Below, one piece after another: positions 27,716 through 42,672 of a stretch of DNA of 64,000 nucleotides. Below the pieces are notes generated by a model. It ran no database searches, had not been told where the DNA came from, and worked only from the letters and a program-made list of their open reading frames with translations. The number at the start of each line of letters is the position of its first letter. Position 1 is the first letter of the stretch. The stretch comes from Lingula anatina (taxonomy: Eukaryota > Animalia > Brachiopoda). The stretch lies in NCBI GenBank assembly GCA_051362555.1, contig CM120643.1, positions 5,084,001 through 5,148,000 on the forward strand, written 5' to 3'. A program made the translations under genes and the position numbers.

Positions 27716-29445
27716 TTTTTTTTAAATGATGATTTATTATCTGTTTTCGGTAGAAATGAAGGCGTGTTTCCAGGATTATCATCACACTGAGGACAGTTGA
27801 ATTCATCTGTTCACCATCTCCTTCTACAATGATATATTGATATATTGAATGTGTCTGTATGTATTCTGATCACTGTCTATCTCTTTATTGTCACTGTATG
27901 TGTTTATTATAATATAATAATATATTTTGATCACTGTGTTACACATTTTTTAAAAATGGCCCAATTCTTTTTCACCAAGTGGGCCAAAATGGCCCTACCA
28001 GATTTTGACCCAGGTATAAAGATCCCTGTTATTCTCAGGAAAATCCAATTTATTTACTTTTTAAAACATAAAATCAATAGAATGTTTCTAATATAAATTT
28101 TCAAAACAACACCAGAGGGCAAATTAAATCAAATCAACCAGTGGCTAAACACAGGCAGGCTTTGTCAATTACACCAACTTGTTTATTTCAAACAGTGCAC
28201 TTTTCGGACATGCGCAGTCGTTTGAATCCTGTGCTATTGTGTGAACAATTTATTTCAATGAATTATAGAAATCAATTTCTTCATTTTCCTTTGGTTTGTT
28301 TCATATTTTCTATTTCAAGATATGATACTTTACTGCTTGGGGATGCTCTTCCCATTGCTGCATTTTACAATGTAGTGCTTGCTTTATCCACTTGGCGGCA
28401 GCACCTTACAGTGAGGCTGAAGTCTTCATTAAGTCTCAATGATGTCTTGGTGTGTTTCTGACTCTGTGTGAATGTGTGTGTGTGTGTCTGTGTGTGTGTG
28501 AGAAAGAGAAAAAGTTTGTGTGTGTGTATGTGTGAGTTAGAGAGAGAGGAGGAGGAGAGAGAGAGAGAAAGCTTGTTTGTGGGAGGGTGTGGTAAGAGAG
28601 ATAGAGAATTTAGTATTAAAAAAGCTCAAAGAACTTCAAAATTGATTTTAAAAAACTAAACAATAATTTTATGCCAATTTTGAAAGTTGTATTATTTTTA
28701 GAATACAAAAACAGAAAAATTTGACATTTTGTTAAAACAAAGAAGTGTTCAGCTTATCCAGTATTTTAAAAATAATAAAAAATTATATAACACACACATG
28801 ATCAGGCGAAAAATCTCTTTATATGTGTAATATTGTGCTATATATCATGCATACTCAGTTTTAGATATGCTCAAGGTGACAATAAAGGGTAAATGTGAAC
28901 TGTTGAGATTTGGGTGGGGGTGGGAATGAGTTGTGCGCTTAGCAAAAATCTTGATATAGACAAAATTTTATAGATACATTCTGATGCCTGTGTATTGTCT
29001 GTTGTGACATTGAATTAGTCTGTATGTATTCTGATCATCTGAACTCAACTCAACCTCACATCATCAGCACAGGTCAGTGCAACAACGATATTGGTACACT
29101 AGTGATTCTGTTCAATCCCATTTTGAACATTGCCGCTATATGTTTTACCTGCAAAATTATCATTTTGGAAAAAGGTGAATTAGATCCCACTCAGTTTTAT
29201 ATATATTCAAGGTGACAAGGGTTAATGTAAACTGTTGGGGGGGGGGGGGGGGGGGGAGTTCACTAAGCAAAAATCTTTATATAGACAAAATTTCATGTAT
29301 AACTGATGCTTGTTCATTGTCTGTTGTGACATTGAATGTGTCTGCTTGTATTCTGATCACTGTCTATGTCTTTATTGTTCCTGTATGTGTTTATTATAAT
29401 ATAATAATATATTTTGATCACTGTGTTATGTCTGTGTTGTAACTA

Positions 29446-29528
<83 letters not shown>

Positions 29529-32500
29529 ATTGATGATTTATTATCTGTTTTTAATAGAAATGAAGGCGTGTTTCCAGGATTATCATCACACTGAGGACAG
29601 TTGAATTCATCTGTTCACCATCTCCTTCTACAACCACACAGTATCAGCAAAGGTCAGTGCAACAACGATATTGCTACACTGGTGATTCTATTCAATCCCA
29701 TTGTGACCATCACCACTATATGTTGTAACTGGGAAATTATCATTTGTAAATGGGTCATTGAGATCCAAATCAGTTTTTGATATGTTCAGGGTGACAAGGG
29801 TCAATGTTAACTGTTTGGAGTTGTTGGGGCGAGCGTTCGCTGGGCAAAACTCTTGATATAAACAAAATTTCATGTATACATCTTGATGACTTTGCATTGT
29901 CTGTTGATATATTGAATGTGTCTGTATGTATTCTGATCACTGTCTATCTCTTTATTGTCACTGTATGTGTTTATTATAATATAATAATATATTTTGATCA
30001 CTGTGTTACACATTTTTTAAAAATGGCCCAATTCTTTTTCACCAAGTGGGCCAAAATGGCCCTACCAGATTTTGACCCAGGTATAAAGATCCCTGTTATT
30101 CTCAGGAAAATCCAATTTATTTACTTTTTAAAACATAAAATCATAGAATGTTTCTAATATAAATTTTCAAAACAACACCAGAGGGCAAATTAAATCAAAT
30201 CAACCAGTGGCTAAACACAGGCAGGCTTTGTCAATTACACCAACTTGTTTATTTCAAACAGTGCACTTTTCGGACATGCGCAGTCGTTTGAATCCTGTGC
30301 TATTGTGTGAACAATTTATTTCAATGAATTATAGAAATCAATTTCTTCATTTTCCTTTGGTTTGTTTCATATTTTCTATTTCAAGATATGATACTTTACT
30401 GCTTGGGGATGCTCTTCCCATTGCTGCATTTTACAATGTAGTGCTTGCTTTATCCACTTGGCGGCAGCACCTTACAGTGAGGCTGAAGTCTTCATTAAGT
30501 CTCAATGATGTCTTGGTGTGTTTCTGACTCTGTGTGAATGTGTGTGTGTGTGTCTGTGTGTGTGTGTGAGAAAGAGAAAAAGTTTGTGTGTGTGTATGTG
30601 TGAGTTAGAGAGAGAGGGGGAGAGAGAGAGAGAGAAAGCTTGTTTGTGGGAGGGTGTGGTAAGAGAGATAGAGAATTTAGTATTAAAAAAGCTCAAAGAA
30701 CTTCAAAATTGATTTTAAAAAACTAAACAATAATTTTATGCCAATTTTGAAAGTTGTATTATTTTTAGAATACAAAAACAGAAAAATTTGACATTTTGTT
30801 AAAACAAAGAAGTGTTCAGCTTATCCAGTATTTTAAAAATAATAAAAAATTATATAACACACACATGATCAGGCGAAAAATCTCTTTATATCTGTAATAT
30901 TGTGCCATTATATCATGCATACTCAGTTTTAGATATACTCAAGGTGACAATAAAGGGTAAATGTGAACTGTTGAGATTTGGTTGGGGGTGGGAGGGAGTT
31001 GTACGCTTAGCAAAAATCTTGATATAGACAAAATTTTATAGATACATTCTGATGCCTGTGTATTGTCTGTTGTGACATTGAATTAGTCTGTATGTATTCT
31101 GATCATCTGAACTCAACTCAACCTCACATCATCAGCACAGGTCAGTGCAACAACGATATTGGTACACTGGTGATTCTCTTCAATCCCATTTTGAACATTG
31201 CCGCTATATGTTTTACCTGCAAAATTATCATTTTGGAAAAAGGTGAATTAGATCCCACTCAGTTTTATATATATTCAAGGTGACAAGGGTTAATGTAAAC
31301 TGTTGGGGGGGGGGGGGAGTTCACTAAGCAAAAATCTTTATATAGACAAAATTTCATGTATAACTGATGCTTGTTCATTGTCTGTTGTGACATTGAATGT
31401 GTCTGCTTGTATTCTGATCACTGTCTATGTCTTTATTGTTCCTGTATGTGTTTATTATAATATAATAATATATCTTCATCAGTGTTATTTCTGTGTTGTA
31501 GCTACCATATATATATATATATACTTTTTTTTTAAATGATGATTTATTATCTGTTTTCAGTAGAAATGAAGGCGTGTTTCCAGGATTATCATCACACTGA
31601 GGACAGTTGAATTCATCTGTTCACCATCTCCTTCTACAACCACACAGTATCAGCAAAGGTCAGTGCAACAAAGATATTGCTACACTGGTGATTCTATTCA
31701 ATCCCATTGTGACCATCGCCACTATATGTTGTAACTGGGAAATCATCATTGGTAAATGGATCATTTAGATCCAAATCAGTTTTTGATATGTTCAGGGTTA
31801 CAAGGGTTAATGTTAACTGTTTGGAGATGGGGGGCGAGCATTCGCTGGGCAAAACTCTTGATATAAACAAAATTTCATGTATACATCTTGATGACTTTGC
31901 ATTGTCTGTTGATATATTGAATGTGTCTGTATGTATTCTAATCACTGTCTTTGTCTTTGTTGTTGCTGCATGTATGTGTTTATTATAATATAATAATATA
32001 TTTTGATCACTGTGTTATGTCTGTGTTGTAACTACCGTATATATCTACATATATATATATATACTTTTTTTAAAAATAATGATTTATTATCTGTTTTCAG
32101 TAGAAATGAAGGCGTGTTTCCAGGATTATCATCACACTGAGGACAGTTGAATTCATCTGTTCACCATCTCCTTCTACAACCACACAGTATCAGCAAAGGT
32201 CAGTGCAACAACGATATTGCTACACTGGTGATTCTATTCAATCCCATTGTGACCATCACCACTATATGTTGTAACTGGGAAATTATCATTTGTAAATGGG
32301 TCATTGAGATTCAAATCAGTTTTTGATATGTTCAGGGTGACAAGGGTCAATGTTAACTGTTTGGAGTTGTTGGGGCGAGCGTTCGCTGGGCAAAACTCTT
32401 GATATAAACAAAATTTCATGTATACATCTTGATGACTTTGCATTGTCTGTTGATATATTGAATGTGTCTGTATGTATTCTGATCACTGTCTATCTCTTTA

Positions 32501-33264
32501 TTGTCACTGTATGTGTTTATTATAATATAATAATATATTTTGATCACTGTGTTACACATTTTTTAAAAATGGCCCAATTCTTTTTCACCAAGTGGGCCAA
32601 AATGGCCCTACCAGATTTTGACCCAGGTATAAAGATCCCTGTTATTCTCAGGAAAATCCAATTTATTTACTTTTTAAAACATAAAATCATAGAATGTTTC
32701 TAATATAAATTTTCAAAACAACACCAGAGGGCAAATTAAATCAAATCAACCAGTGGCTAAACACAGGCAGGCTTTGTCAATTACACCAACTTGTTTATTT
32801 CAAACAGTGCACTTTTCGGACATGCGCAGTCGTTTGAATCCTGTGCTATTGTGTGAACAATTTATTTCAATGAATTATAGAAATCAATTTCTTCATTTTC
32901 CTTTGGTTTGTTTCATATTTTCTATTTCAAGATATGATACTTTACTGCTTGGGGATGCTCTTCCCATTGCTGCATTTTACAATGTAGTGCTTGCTTTATC
33001 CACTTGGCGGCAGCACCTTACAGTGAGGCTGAAGTCTTCATTAAGTCTCAATGATGTCTTGGTGTGTTTCTGACTCTGTGTGAATGTGTGTGTGTGTGTC
33101 TGTGTGTGTGTGTGAGAAAGAGAAAAAGTTTGTGTGTGTGTATGTGTGAGTTAGAGAGAGAGGAGGAGAGAGAGAGAGAGAAAGCTTGTTTGTGGGAGGG
33201 TGTGGTAAGAGAGATAGAGAATTTAGTATTAAAAAAGCTCAAAGAACTTCAAAATTGATTTTAA

Positions 33265-34385
33265 CCCCATAGGACCCAGTTAATGCTGACCCATAAAGTT
33301 CTGCTGTGCCCAATTAATTCTGTGAGCTAGCCTTGAAAAGCCGGGTCACTTCAGTAAATTGGCCATAATTTATTTGTTTGCCTTTATTACCCATACAAAG
33401 TACACATTTTTAAAAAGCCAACATTTCAAGCTAAATAAAAATAGAATTACATTTAAATTCAACGCGCTGTACAAAGAATTATGGCCGGTTAAAAACTACA
33501 TTTTCATCTGATAATGGGTGAAATAAAACAAAGTTGATTTATCTTATGCACATCAAATTTTTATTTCTCCATAAATTTGCCTGAAAATTCACAGAGATGA
33601 TGTCAATTATAGTAGCTTTCAATCCAGGAAATTTCAGCAAGTTATCTCCATTAATTTCCAAGTTATGCTCGTTTTGCTACCAGGTATACCTACTTGAGCC
33701 AGCTTTTCAGCTCACCTGAACATCGTGGCCAGAGCTGAATAGAAGTCAATTTTTAACACCATCTATGGCAAAAACATCTTTAAAACTTTTATCATGAATA
33801 AAGGAATATCTTCCTCTCTGTCTATATCATTGTCACTCGAAAACACCTGATCAGTGTCGTAGTTTTCAATCATTTCAATAACAGTATCCATTCGCAGGCC
33901 TCTTCCGTAGTGAGAAGTCGCCATTTTGATTTTACTTTCTTCAGCTAAGTCTAGGAAATAGCCGATTTCTCGCTCATATATATTTCTATCGTCCTTTACA
34001 TCATAAATAAATGAATATCATCGACACTGTCTATGTCACTGTCACACGAAAACTTCTCATCAAAGTCCGGTTTTTCAATCATTTCAATAACAGTATCCCT
34101 TCGCAGGTCCCTACCGTAGCGAGGAGCCGCCATCTTGATTTTACTTTCTCCACCTAAGTCTTGAAAATCGCCGTTTTCTCGCTCATATATATTTCTATCG
34201 CCTTTAAAAATGGTGGCAATGAGAGACAAGAAACATACCCGGATGTTAAACTATATATCATTTTATGACTCACGATACAAAAGAGTACAGAAGACGATCT
34301 TTCCAAGATACGCACATATGCGGTTCTGGGCGTTTGGGGTAAGCGATAATTGAACCGCACATATGCGGTGACGGGCTCTATGGGG
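33265..34385 (-). mobile_element. piggyBac-like non-autonomous element, 1121 bp
   Basis: TTAA TSD at 33261-33264 and 34386-34389; CCC...GGG termini; 13-bp TIR CCCCATAGGACCC / CCCCATAGAGCCC; subterminal repeat cgcacatatgcggt at 34311 and 34356; empty site gattttaaaaaact in the other units. Confidence 0.9.
33791..34205 (-). repeat. Diverged 209-bp tandem duplication containing an acidic transposase-like N-terminus
   Basis: Minus-strand ATGs at 34133 (MAAPRYGRDLRRDTVIEMIEKPDFDEKFSCDSDIDSVDD) and 33924 (MATSHYGRGLRMDTVIEMIENYDTDQVFSSDNDIDREED). Confidence 0.85.
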
Positions 34386-35731
34386 TTAAAAAACTAAACA
34401 ATAATTTTATGCCAATTTTGAAAGTTGTATTATTTTTAGAATACAAAAACAGAAAAATTTGACATTTTGTTAAAACAAAGAAGTGTTCAGCTTATCCAGT
34501 ATTTTAAAAATAATAAAAAATTATATAACACACACATGATCAGGCGAAAAATCTCTTTATATCTGTAATATTGTGCCATTATATCATGCATACTCAGTTT
34601 TAGATATACTCAAGGTGACAATAAAGGGTAAATGTGAACTGTTGAGATTTGGGTGGGGGTGGGAGGGAGTTGTGCACTTAGCAAAAATCTTGATATAGAC
34701 AAAATTTTATAGATACATTCTGATGCCTGTGTATTGTCTGTTGTGACATTGAATTAGTCTGTATGTATTCTGATCATCTGAACTCAACTCAACCTCACAT
34801 CATCAGCACAGGTCAGTGCAACAACGATATTGGTACACTGGTGATTCTCTTCAATCCCATTTTGTACATTGCTTCTATATGTTTTACCTGCAAAATTATC
34901 ATTTTGGAAAAAGGTGAATTAGATCCCACTCAGTTTTATATATATTCAAGGTGACAAGGGTTAATGTAAACTGTTGGGGGGGGGGGGGGGGGGGGGGACG
35001 GGAGTTCACTAAGCAAAAATCTTTATATAGACAAAATTTCATGTATAACTGATGCTTGTTCATTGTCTGTTGTGACATTGAATGTGTCTGCATGTATTCT
35101 GATCACTGTCTATGTCTTTATTGTTCCTGTATGTGTTTATTATAATATAATAATATATCTTGATCACTGTGTTATGTCTGTGTTGTAACTACCATATATA
35201 TATATATATATAAATTTTTTTTTTTCATTGATGATTTATTATCTGTTTTTAATAGAAATGAAGGTGTGTTGCCTGGATTATCATCACACTGAGGACAGTT
35301 GAATTCATCTGTTCACCGTCTCGTTCTACAACCACACAGTATCAGCAAAGGTCAGTGCAACAAAGATATTGCTACACTGGTGATTCTATTCAATCCCATT
35401 GTGACCATCGCCACTATATGTTGTAACTGGGTAATCATCATTCGTAAATGGATCATTGAGATCCAAATCAGTTTTTGATATGTTCAGGGTGACAAGGGTT
35501 AATGTTAACTGTTTGGAGTTGGGGGGCGAGCATTCGTTGGGCAAAACTCTTGATATAAACAAAATTTCATGTATACATCTTGATGACTTTGCATTGTCTG
35601 TTGAGACATTGAATGTGTCTGCATGTATTCTGATCACTGTCTATCTCTTTATTGTTGCTGTATGTGTTTATTATAATATAATAATATATTTTGATCACTG
35701 TGTTATGTCTGTGTTGTAACTACCATATCTC

Positions 35732-35797
<66 letters not shown>

Positions 35798-37780
35798 CTT
35801 TTTTTTAAATGATGATTTATTATCTGTTTTCAGTAGAAATGAAGGTGTGTTTCCAGGATTATCATCACACTGAGGACAGTTGAATTCATCTGTTCACCAT
35901 CTCCTTCTACAACCACACAGTATCAGGAAAGGTCAGTGCAACAACGATATTGCTACACTGGTGATTCTATTCAATCCCATTGTGACCATCACCACTATAT
36001 GTTGTAACTGGGAAATTATCATTTGTGATCCAAATCAGTTTTTGATATGTTCAGGGTGACAAGGGTCAATGTTAACTGTTTGGAGTTGGGGGGGGCAAGC
36101 GTTCGCTGGGCAAAACTCTTGATATAAACAAAATTTCATGTATACATCTTGATGACTCTGCATTGTCTGTTGATATATTGAATGTGTCTGTATGTATTCT
36201 GATCACTGTCTATCTCTTTATTGTCACTGTATGTGTTTATTATAATATAATAATATATTTTGATCACTGTGTTACACATTTTTTAAAAATGGCCCAATTC
36301 TTTTTCACCAAGTGGGCCCAAATGGCCCTACCAGATTTTGACCCAGGTATAAAGATCCCTGTTATTCTCAGGAAAATCCAATTTTTTTACTTTTTAAAAC
36401 ATAAAATCAATAGAATGTTTCTAATATAAATTTTCAAAACAACACCAGAGGGCAAATTAAATCAAATCAACCAGTGGCTAAACACAGGCAGGCTTTGTCA
36501 ATTTCACCAACTTGTTTATTTCAAACAGTGCACTTTTCGGACATGCGCAGTCGTTTGAATCCTGTGCTATTGTGTGTACAATTTATTTCAATGAATTATA
36601 GAAATCAATTTCTTCATTTTCCTTTGGTTTGTTTCATATTTTCTATTTCAAGATATGATACTTTACTGCTTGGGGATGCTCTTCCCATTGCTGCATTTTA
36701 CAATGTAGTGCTTGCTTTATCCACTTGGCGGCAGCACCTTACAGTGAGGCTGAAGTCTTCATTAAGTCTCAATGATGTCTTGGTGTGTTTCTGACTCTGT
36801 GTGAATGTGTGTGTGTGTGTCTGTGTGTGTGTGTGTGAGAAAGAGAGAAAAAGTTTGTGTGTGTGTGTGTGTTTGTGAGTTATAGAGAGAGGGGGAGAGA
36901 GAGAGACAGAAAGCTTGTTTGTGGGAGGGTGTGGTAAGAGAGATAGAGAATTTAGTATTAAAAAAGCTCAAAGAACTTCAAAATTGATTTTAAAAAACTA
37001 AACAATTTTATGCCAATTTTGAAAGTTGTATTATTTTTAGAATACAAAAACAGAAAAATTTGACATTTTGTTAAAACAAAGAAGTGTTCAGCTTATCCAG
37101 TATTTTAAAAATAATAAAAAAAATTATATAACACACACATGATCAGGCGAAAAATCTCTTTATATGTGTAATATTGTGCTATATATCATGCATACTCAGT
37201 TTTAGATATGCTCAAGGTGACAATAAAGGGTAAATGTGAACTGTTGAGATTTGGGTGGGGGTGGGAATGAGTTGTGCGCTTAGCAAAAATCTTGATATAG
37301 ACAAAATTTTATAGATACATTCTGATGCCTGTGTATTGTCTGTTGTGACATTGAATTAGTCTGTATGTATTCTGATCATCTGAACTCAACTCAACCTCAC
37401 ATCATCAGCACAGGTCAGTGCAACAACGATATTGGTACACTGGTGATTCTCTTCAATCCCATTTTGAACATTGCCGCTATATGTTTTACCTGCAAAATTA
37501 TCATTTTGGAAAAAGGTGAATTAGATCCCACTCAGTTTTATATATATTCAAGGTGACAAGGGTTAATGTAAACTGTTGGGGGGGGGGGGGGAGTTCACTA
37601 AGCAAAAATCTTTATATAGACAAAATTTCATGTATAACTGATGCTTGTTCATTGTCTGTTGTGACATTGAATGTGTCTGCATGTATTCTGATCACTGTCT
37701 ATGTCTTTATTGTTCCTGTATGTGTTTATTATAATATAATAAAATATTTTGATCACTGTGTTATGTCTGTGTTGTAACTA

Positions 37781-37854
<74 letters not shown>

Positions 37855-39829
37855 TTTTTTTCTTTCATTGATGATTTATTATCTGTTTTTAATAGAAATG
37901 AAGGCGTGTTTCCAGGATTATCATCACATTGAGGACAGTTGAATTCATCTGTTCACCATCTCCTTCTACAACCACACAGTATCAGGAAAGGTCAGTGCAA
38001 CAACGATATTGCTACACTGGTGATTCTATTCAATCCCATTGTGACCATCACCACTATATGTTGTAACTGGGAAATTATGTAAATGGGTCATTGAGATCCA
38101 AATCAGTTTTTGATATGTTCAGGGTGACAAGGGTCAATGTTAACTGTTTGGAGTTGGGGGGGCGAGCGTTCGCTGGGCAAAACTCTTGATATAAACAAAA
38201 TTTCATGTATACATCTTGATGACTTTGCATTGTCTGTTGATATATTGAATGTGTCTGTATGTATTCTGATCACTGTCTATCTCTTTATTGTCACTGTATG
38301 TGTTTATTATAATATAATAATATATTTTGATCACTGTGTTACACATTTTTAAAAAATGGCCCAATTCTTTTTCACCAAGTGGGCCAAAATGGCCCTACCA
38401 GATTTTGACCCAGGTATAAAGATCCCTGTTATTCTCAGGAAAATCCAATTTATTTACTTTTTAAAACATAAAATCAATAGAATGTTTCTAATATAAATTT
38501 TCAAAACAACACCAGAGGGCAAATTAAATCAAATCAACCAGTGGCTAAACACAGGCAGGCTTTGTCAATTACACCAACTTGTTTATTTCAAACAGTGCAC
38601 TTTTCGGACATGCGCAGTCGTTTGAATCCTGTGCTATTGTGTGAACAATTTATTTCAATGAATTATAGAAATCAATTTCTTCATTTTCCTTTGGTTTGTT
38701 TCATATTTTCTATTTCAAGATATGATACTTTACTGCTTGGGGATGCTCTTCCCATTGCTGCATTTTACAATGTAGTGCTTGCTTTATCCACTTGGCGGCA
38801 GCACCTTACAGTGAGGCTGAAGTCTTCATTAAGTCTCAATGGTGTGTTTCTGACTCTGTGTGAATGTGTGTGTGTGTGTGTGTGAAAGAGAGAAAAAGTT
38901 TGTGTGTGTGTGTGTGTGTTTGTGAGTTATAGAGAGAGGGGGAGAGAGAGAGACAGAAAGCTTGTTTGTGGGAGGGTGTGGTAAGAGAGATAGAGAATTT
39001 AGTATTAAAAAAGATCAAAGAACTTCAAAAGTGATTTTAAAAAACTAAACAATTTTATGCCAATTTTGAAAGTTGTATTATTTTTAGAATACAAAAACAG
39101 AAAAATTTGACATTTTGTTAAAACAAAGAAGTGTTCAGCTTATCCAGTATTTTAAAAATAATAAAAAAATTATATAACACACACATGATCAGGCGAAAAA
39201 TCTCTTTATATGTGTAATATTGTGCTATATATCATGCATACTCAGTTTTAGATATGCTCAAGGTGACAATAAAGGGTAAATGTGAACTGTTGAGATTTGG
39301 GTGGGGGTGGGAATGAGTTGTGCGCTTAGCAAAAATCTTGATATAGACAAAATTTTATAGATACATTCTGATGCCTGTGTATTGTCTGTTGTGACATTGA
39401 ATTAGTCTGTATGTATTCTGATCATCTGAACTCAACTCAACCTCACATCATCAGCACAGGTCAGTGCAACAACGATATTGGTACACTGGTGATTCTCTTC
39501 AATCCCATTTTGAACATTGCCGCTATATGTTTTACCTGCAAAATTATCATTTTGGAAAAAGGTGAATTAGATCCCACTCAGTTTTATATATATTCAAGGT
39601 GACAAGGGTTAATGTAAACTGTTGGGGGGGTGGGGGGGGGAGTTCACTAAGCAAAAATCTTTATATAGACAAAATTTCATGTATAACTGATGCTTGTTCA
39701 TTGTCTGTTGTGACATTGAATGTGTCTGCTTGTATTCTGATCACTGTCTATGTCTTTATTGTTCCTGTATGTGTTTATTATAATATAATAATATATTTTG
39801 ATCACTGTGTTATTTCTGTGTTGTAACTA

Positions 39830-39903
<74 letters not shown>

Positions 39904-40437
39904 TTTTTTTTAAATGATGATTTATTATCTGTTTTCAGTAGAAATGAAGGTGTGTTTCCAGGATTATCATCACATTGAGGACAGTTGAATTCATCTGTTC
40001 ACCATCTCCTTCTACAACCACACAGTATCAGGAAAGGTCAGTGCAACAACGATATTGCTACACTGGTGATTCTATTCAATCCCATTGTGACCATCGCCAC
40101 TACATGTTGTAACTGGGAAATTATCATTTGTAAATGGGTCATTGAGATCTAAATCAGTTTTTGATATGTTCAGGGTGACAAGGGTTAATGTTAGCTGTTT
40201 GGAATTGGGGGATGAGGGTTCGCTGGGCAAAACTCTTGATATAAACAAAATTTCATGTATACATCTTGATGACTTTGCATTGTCTGTTGATATATTGAAT
40301 ATGTCTGTATGTATTCTGATCACTGTCTTTGTCTTTGTTGTTGCTGTATGTGTTTATTATAATATAATAATATATTTTGATCACTGTGTTATGTCTGTGT
40401 TGTAACTACCGTATATATCTAAATATATAATAGTATA

Positions 40438-40472
<35 letters not shown>

Positions 40473-42639
40473 TTTTTTTTAAATGATGATTTATTATCTG
40501 TTTTCGGTAGAAATGAAGGCGTGTTTCCAGGATTATCATCACACTGAGGACAGTTGAATTCATCTGTTCACCATCTCCTTCTACAATGATATATTGATAT
40601 ATTGAATGTGTCTGTATGTATTCTGATCACTGTCTATCTCTTTATTGTCACTGTATGTGTTTATTATAATATAATAATATATTTTGATCACTGTGTTACA
40701 CATTTTTTAAAAATGGCCCAATTCTTTTTCACCAAGTGGGCCAAAATGGCCCTACCAGATTTTGACCCAGGTATAAAGATCCCTGTTATTCTCAGGAAAA
40801 TCCAATTTATTTACTTTTTAAAACATAAAATCAATAGAATGTTTATAATATAAATTTTCAAAACAACACCAGAGGGCAAATTAAATCAAATCAACCAGTG
40901 GCTAAACACAGGCAGGCTTTGTCAATTACACCAACTTGTTTATTTCAAACAGTGCACTTTTCGGACATGCGCAGTCGTTTGAATCCTGTGCTATTGTGTG
41001 AACAATTTATTTCAATGAATTATAGAAATCAATTTCTTCATTTTCCTTTGGTTTGTTTCATATTTTCTATTTCAAGATATGATACTTTACTGCTTGGGGA
41101 TGCTCTTCCCATTGCTGCATTTTACAATGTAGTGCTTGCTTTATCCACTTGGCGGCAGCACCTTACAGTGAGGCTGAAGTCTTCATTAAGTCTCAATGAT
41201 GTCTTGGTGTGTTTCTGACTCTGTGTGAATGTGTGTGTGTGTGTGAGAAAGAGAAAAAGTTTGTGTGTGTGTATGTGTGAGTTAGAGAGAGAGGGGGAGA
41301 GAGAGAGAGAGAAAGCTTGTTTGTGGGAGGGTGTGGTAAGAGAGATAGAGAATTTAGTATTAAAAAAGCTCAAAGAACTTCAAAATTGATTTTAAAAAAC
41401 TAAACAATAATTTTATGCCAATTTTGAAAGTTGTATTATTTTTAGAATACAAAAACATAAAAATTTGACATTTTGTTAAAACAAAGAAGTGTTCAGCTTA
41501 TCCAGTATTTTAAAAATAATAAAAAAATTATATAACACACACATGATCAGGCGAAAAATCTCTTTATATATATATACTTTTTTTTTAAATGATGATTTAT
41601 TATCTGTTTTCAGTAGAAATGAAGGTGTGTTTCCAGGATTATCATCACATTGAGGACAGTTGAATTCATCTGTTCACCATCTCCTTCTACAACCACACAG
41701 TATCAGGAAAGGTCAGTGCAACAACGATATTGCTACACTGGTGATTCTATTCAATCCCATTGTGACCATCACCACTATATGTTGTAACTGGGAAATTATC
41801 ATTTGTAAATGGGTCATTGAGATCCAAATCAGTTTTTGATATGTTCAGGGTGACAAGGGTCAATGTTAACTGTTTGGAGTTGTTGGGGCGAGCGTTCGCT
41901 GGGCAAAACTCTTGATATAAACAAAATTTCATGTATACATCTTGATGACTTTGCATTGTCTGTTGATATATTGAATGTGTCTGTATGTATTCTGATCACT
42001 GTCTATCTCTTTATTGTCACTGTATGTGTTTATTATAATATAATAATATATTTTGATCACTGTGTTACACATTTTTTAAAAATGGCCCAATTCTTTTTCA
42101 CCAAGTGGGCCAAAATGGCCCTACCAGATTTTGACCCAGGTATAAAGATCCCTGTTATTCTCAGGAAAATCCAATTTATTTACTTTTTAAAACATAAAAT
42201 CAATAGAATGTTTATAATATAAATTTTCAAAACAACACCAGAGGGCAAATTAAATCAAATCAACCAGTGGCTAAACACAGGCAGGCTTTGTCAATTACAC
42301 CAACTTGTTTATTTCAAACAGTGCACTTTTCGGACATGCGCAGTCGTTTGAATCCTGTGCTATTGTGTGAACAATTTATTTCAATGAATTATAGAAATCA
42401 ATTTCTTCATTTTCCTTTGGTTTGTTTCATATTTTCTATTTCAAGATATGATACTTTACTGCTTGGGGATGCTCTTCCCATTGCTGCATTTTACAATGTA
42501 GTGCTTGCTTTATCCACTTGGCGGCAGCACCTTACAGTGAGGCTGAAGTCTTCATTAAGTCTCAATGATGTCTTGGTGTGTTTCTGACTCTGTGTGAATG
42601 TGTGTGTGTGTGTCTGTGTGTGTGTGTGAGAAAGAGAAA

Positions 42640-42672
<33 letters not shown>

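Larger units (their letters stand above)
19090..36274. repeat. Tandem duplication of a ~8.07-kb higher-order block (about 19090-27068 and 27150-36274; the second copy carries the piggyBac-like insertion)
   Basis: Diagnostic variants are offset by 8061-8080 bp after removing the 1125-bp insertion: 20070/28141, 22141/30207, 24685/32753, the (TC)n(TA)n tract at 26531/35726 and the atttg|tgatcc deletion at 26820/36025. Confidence 0.9.
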
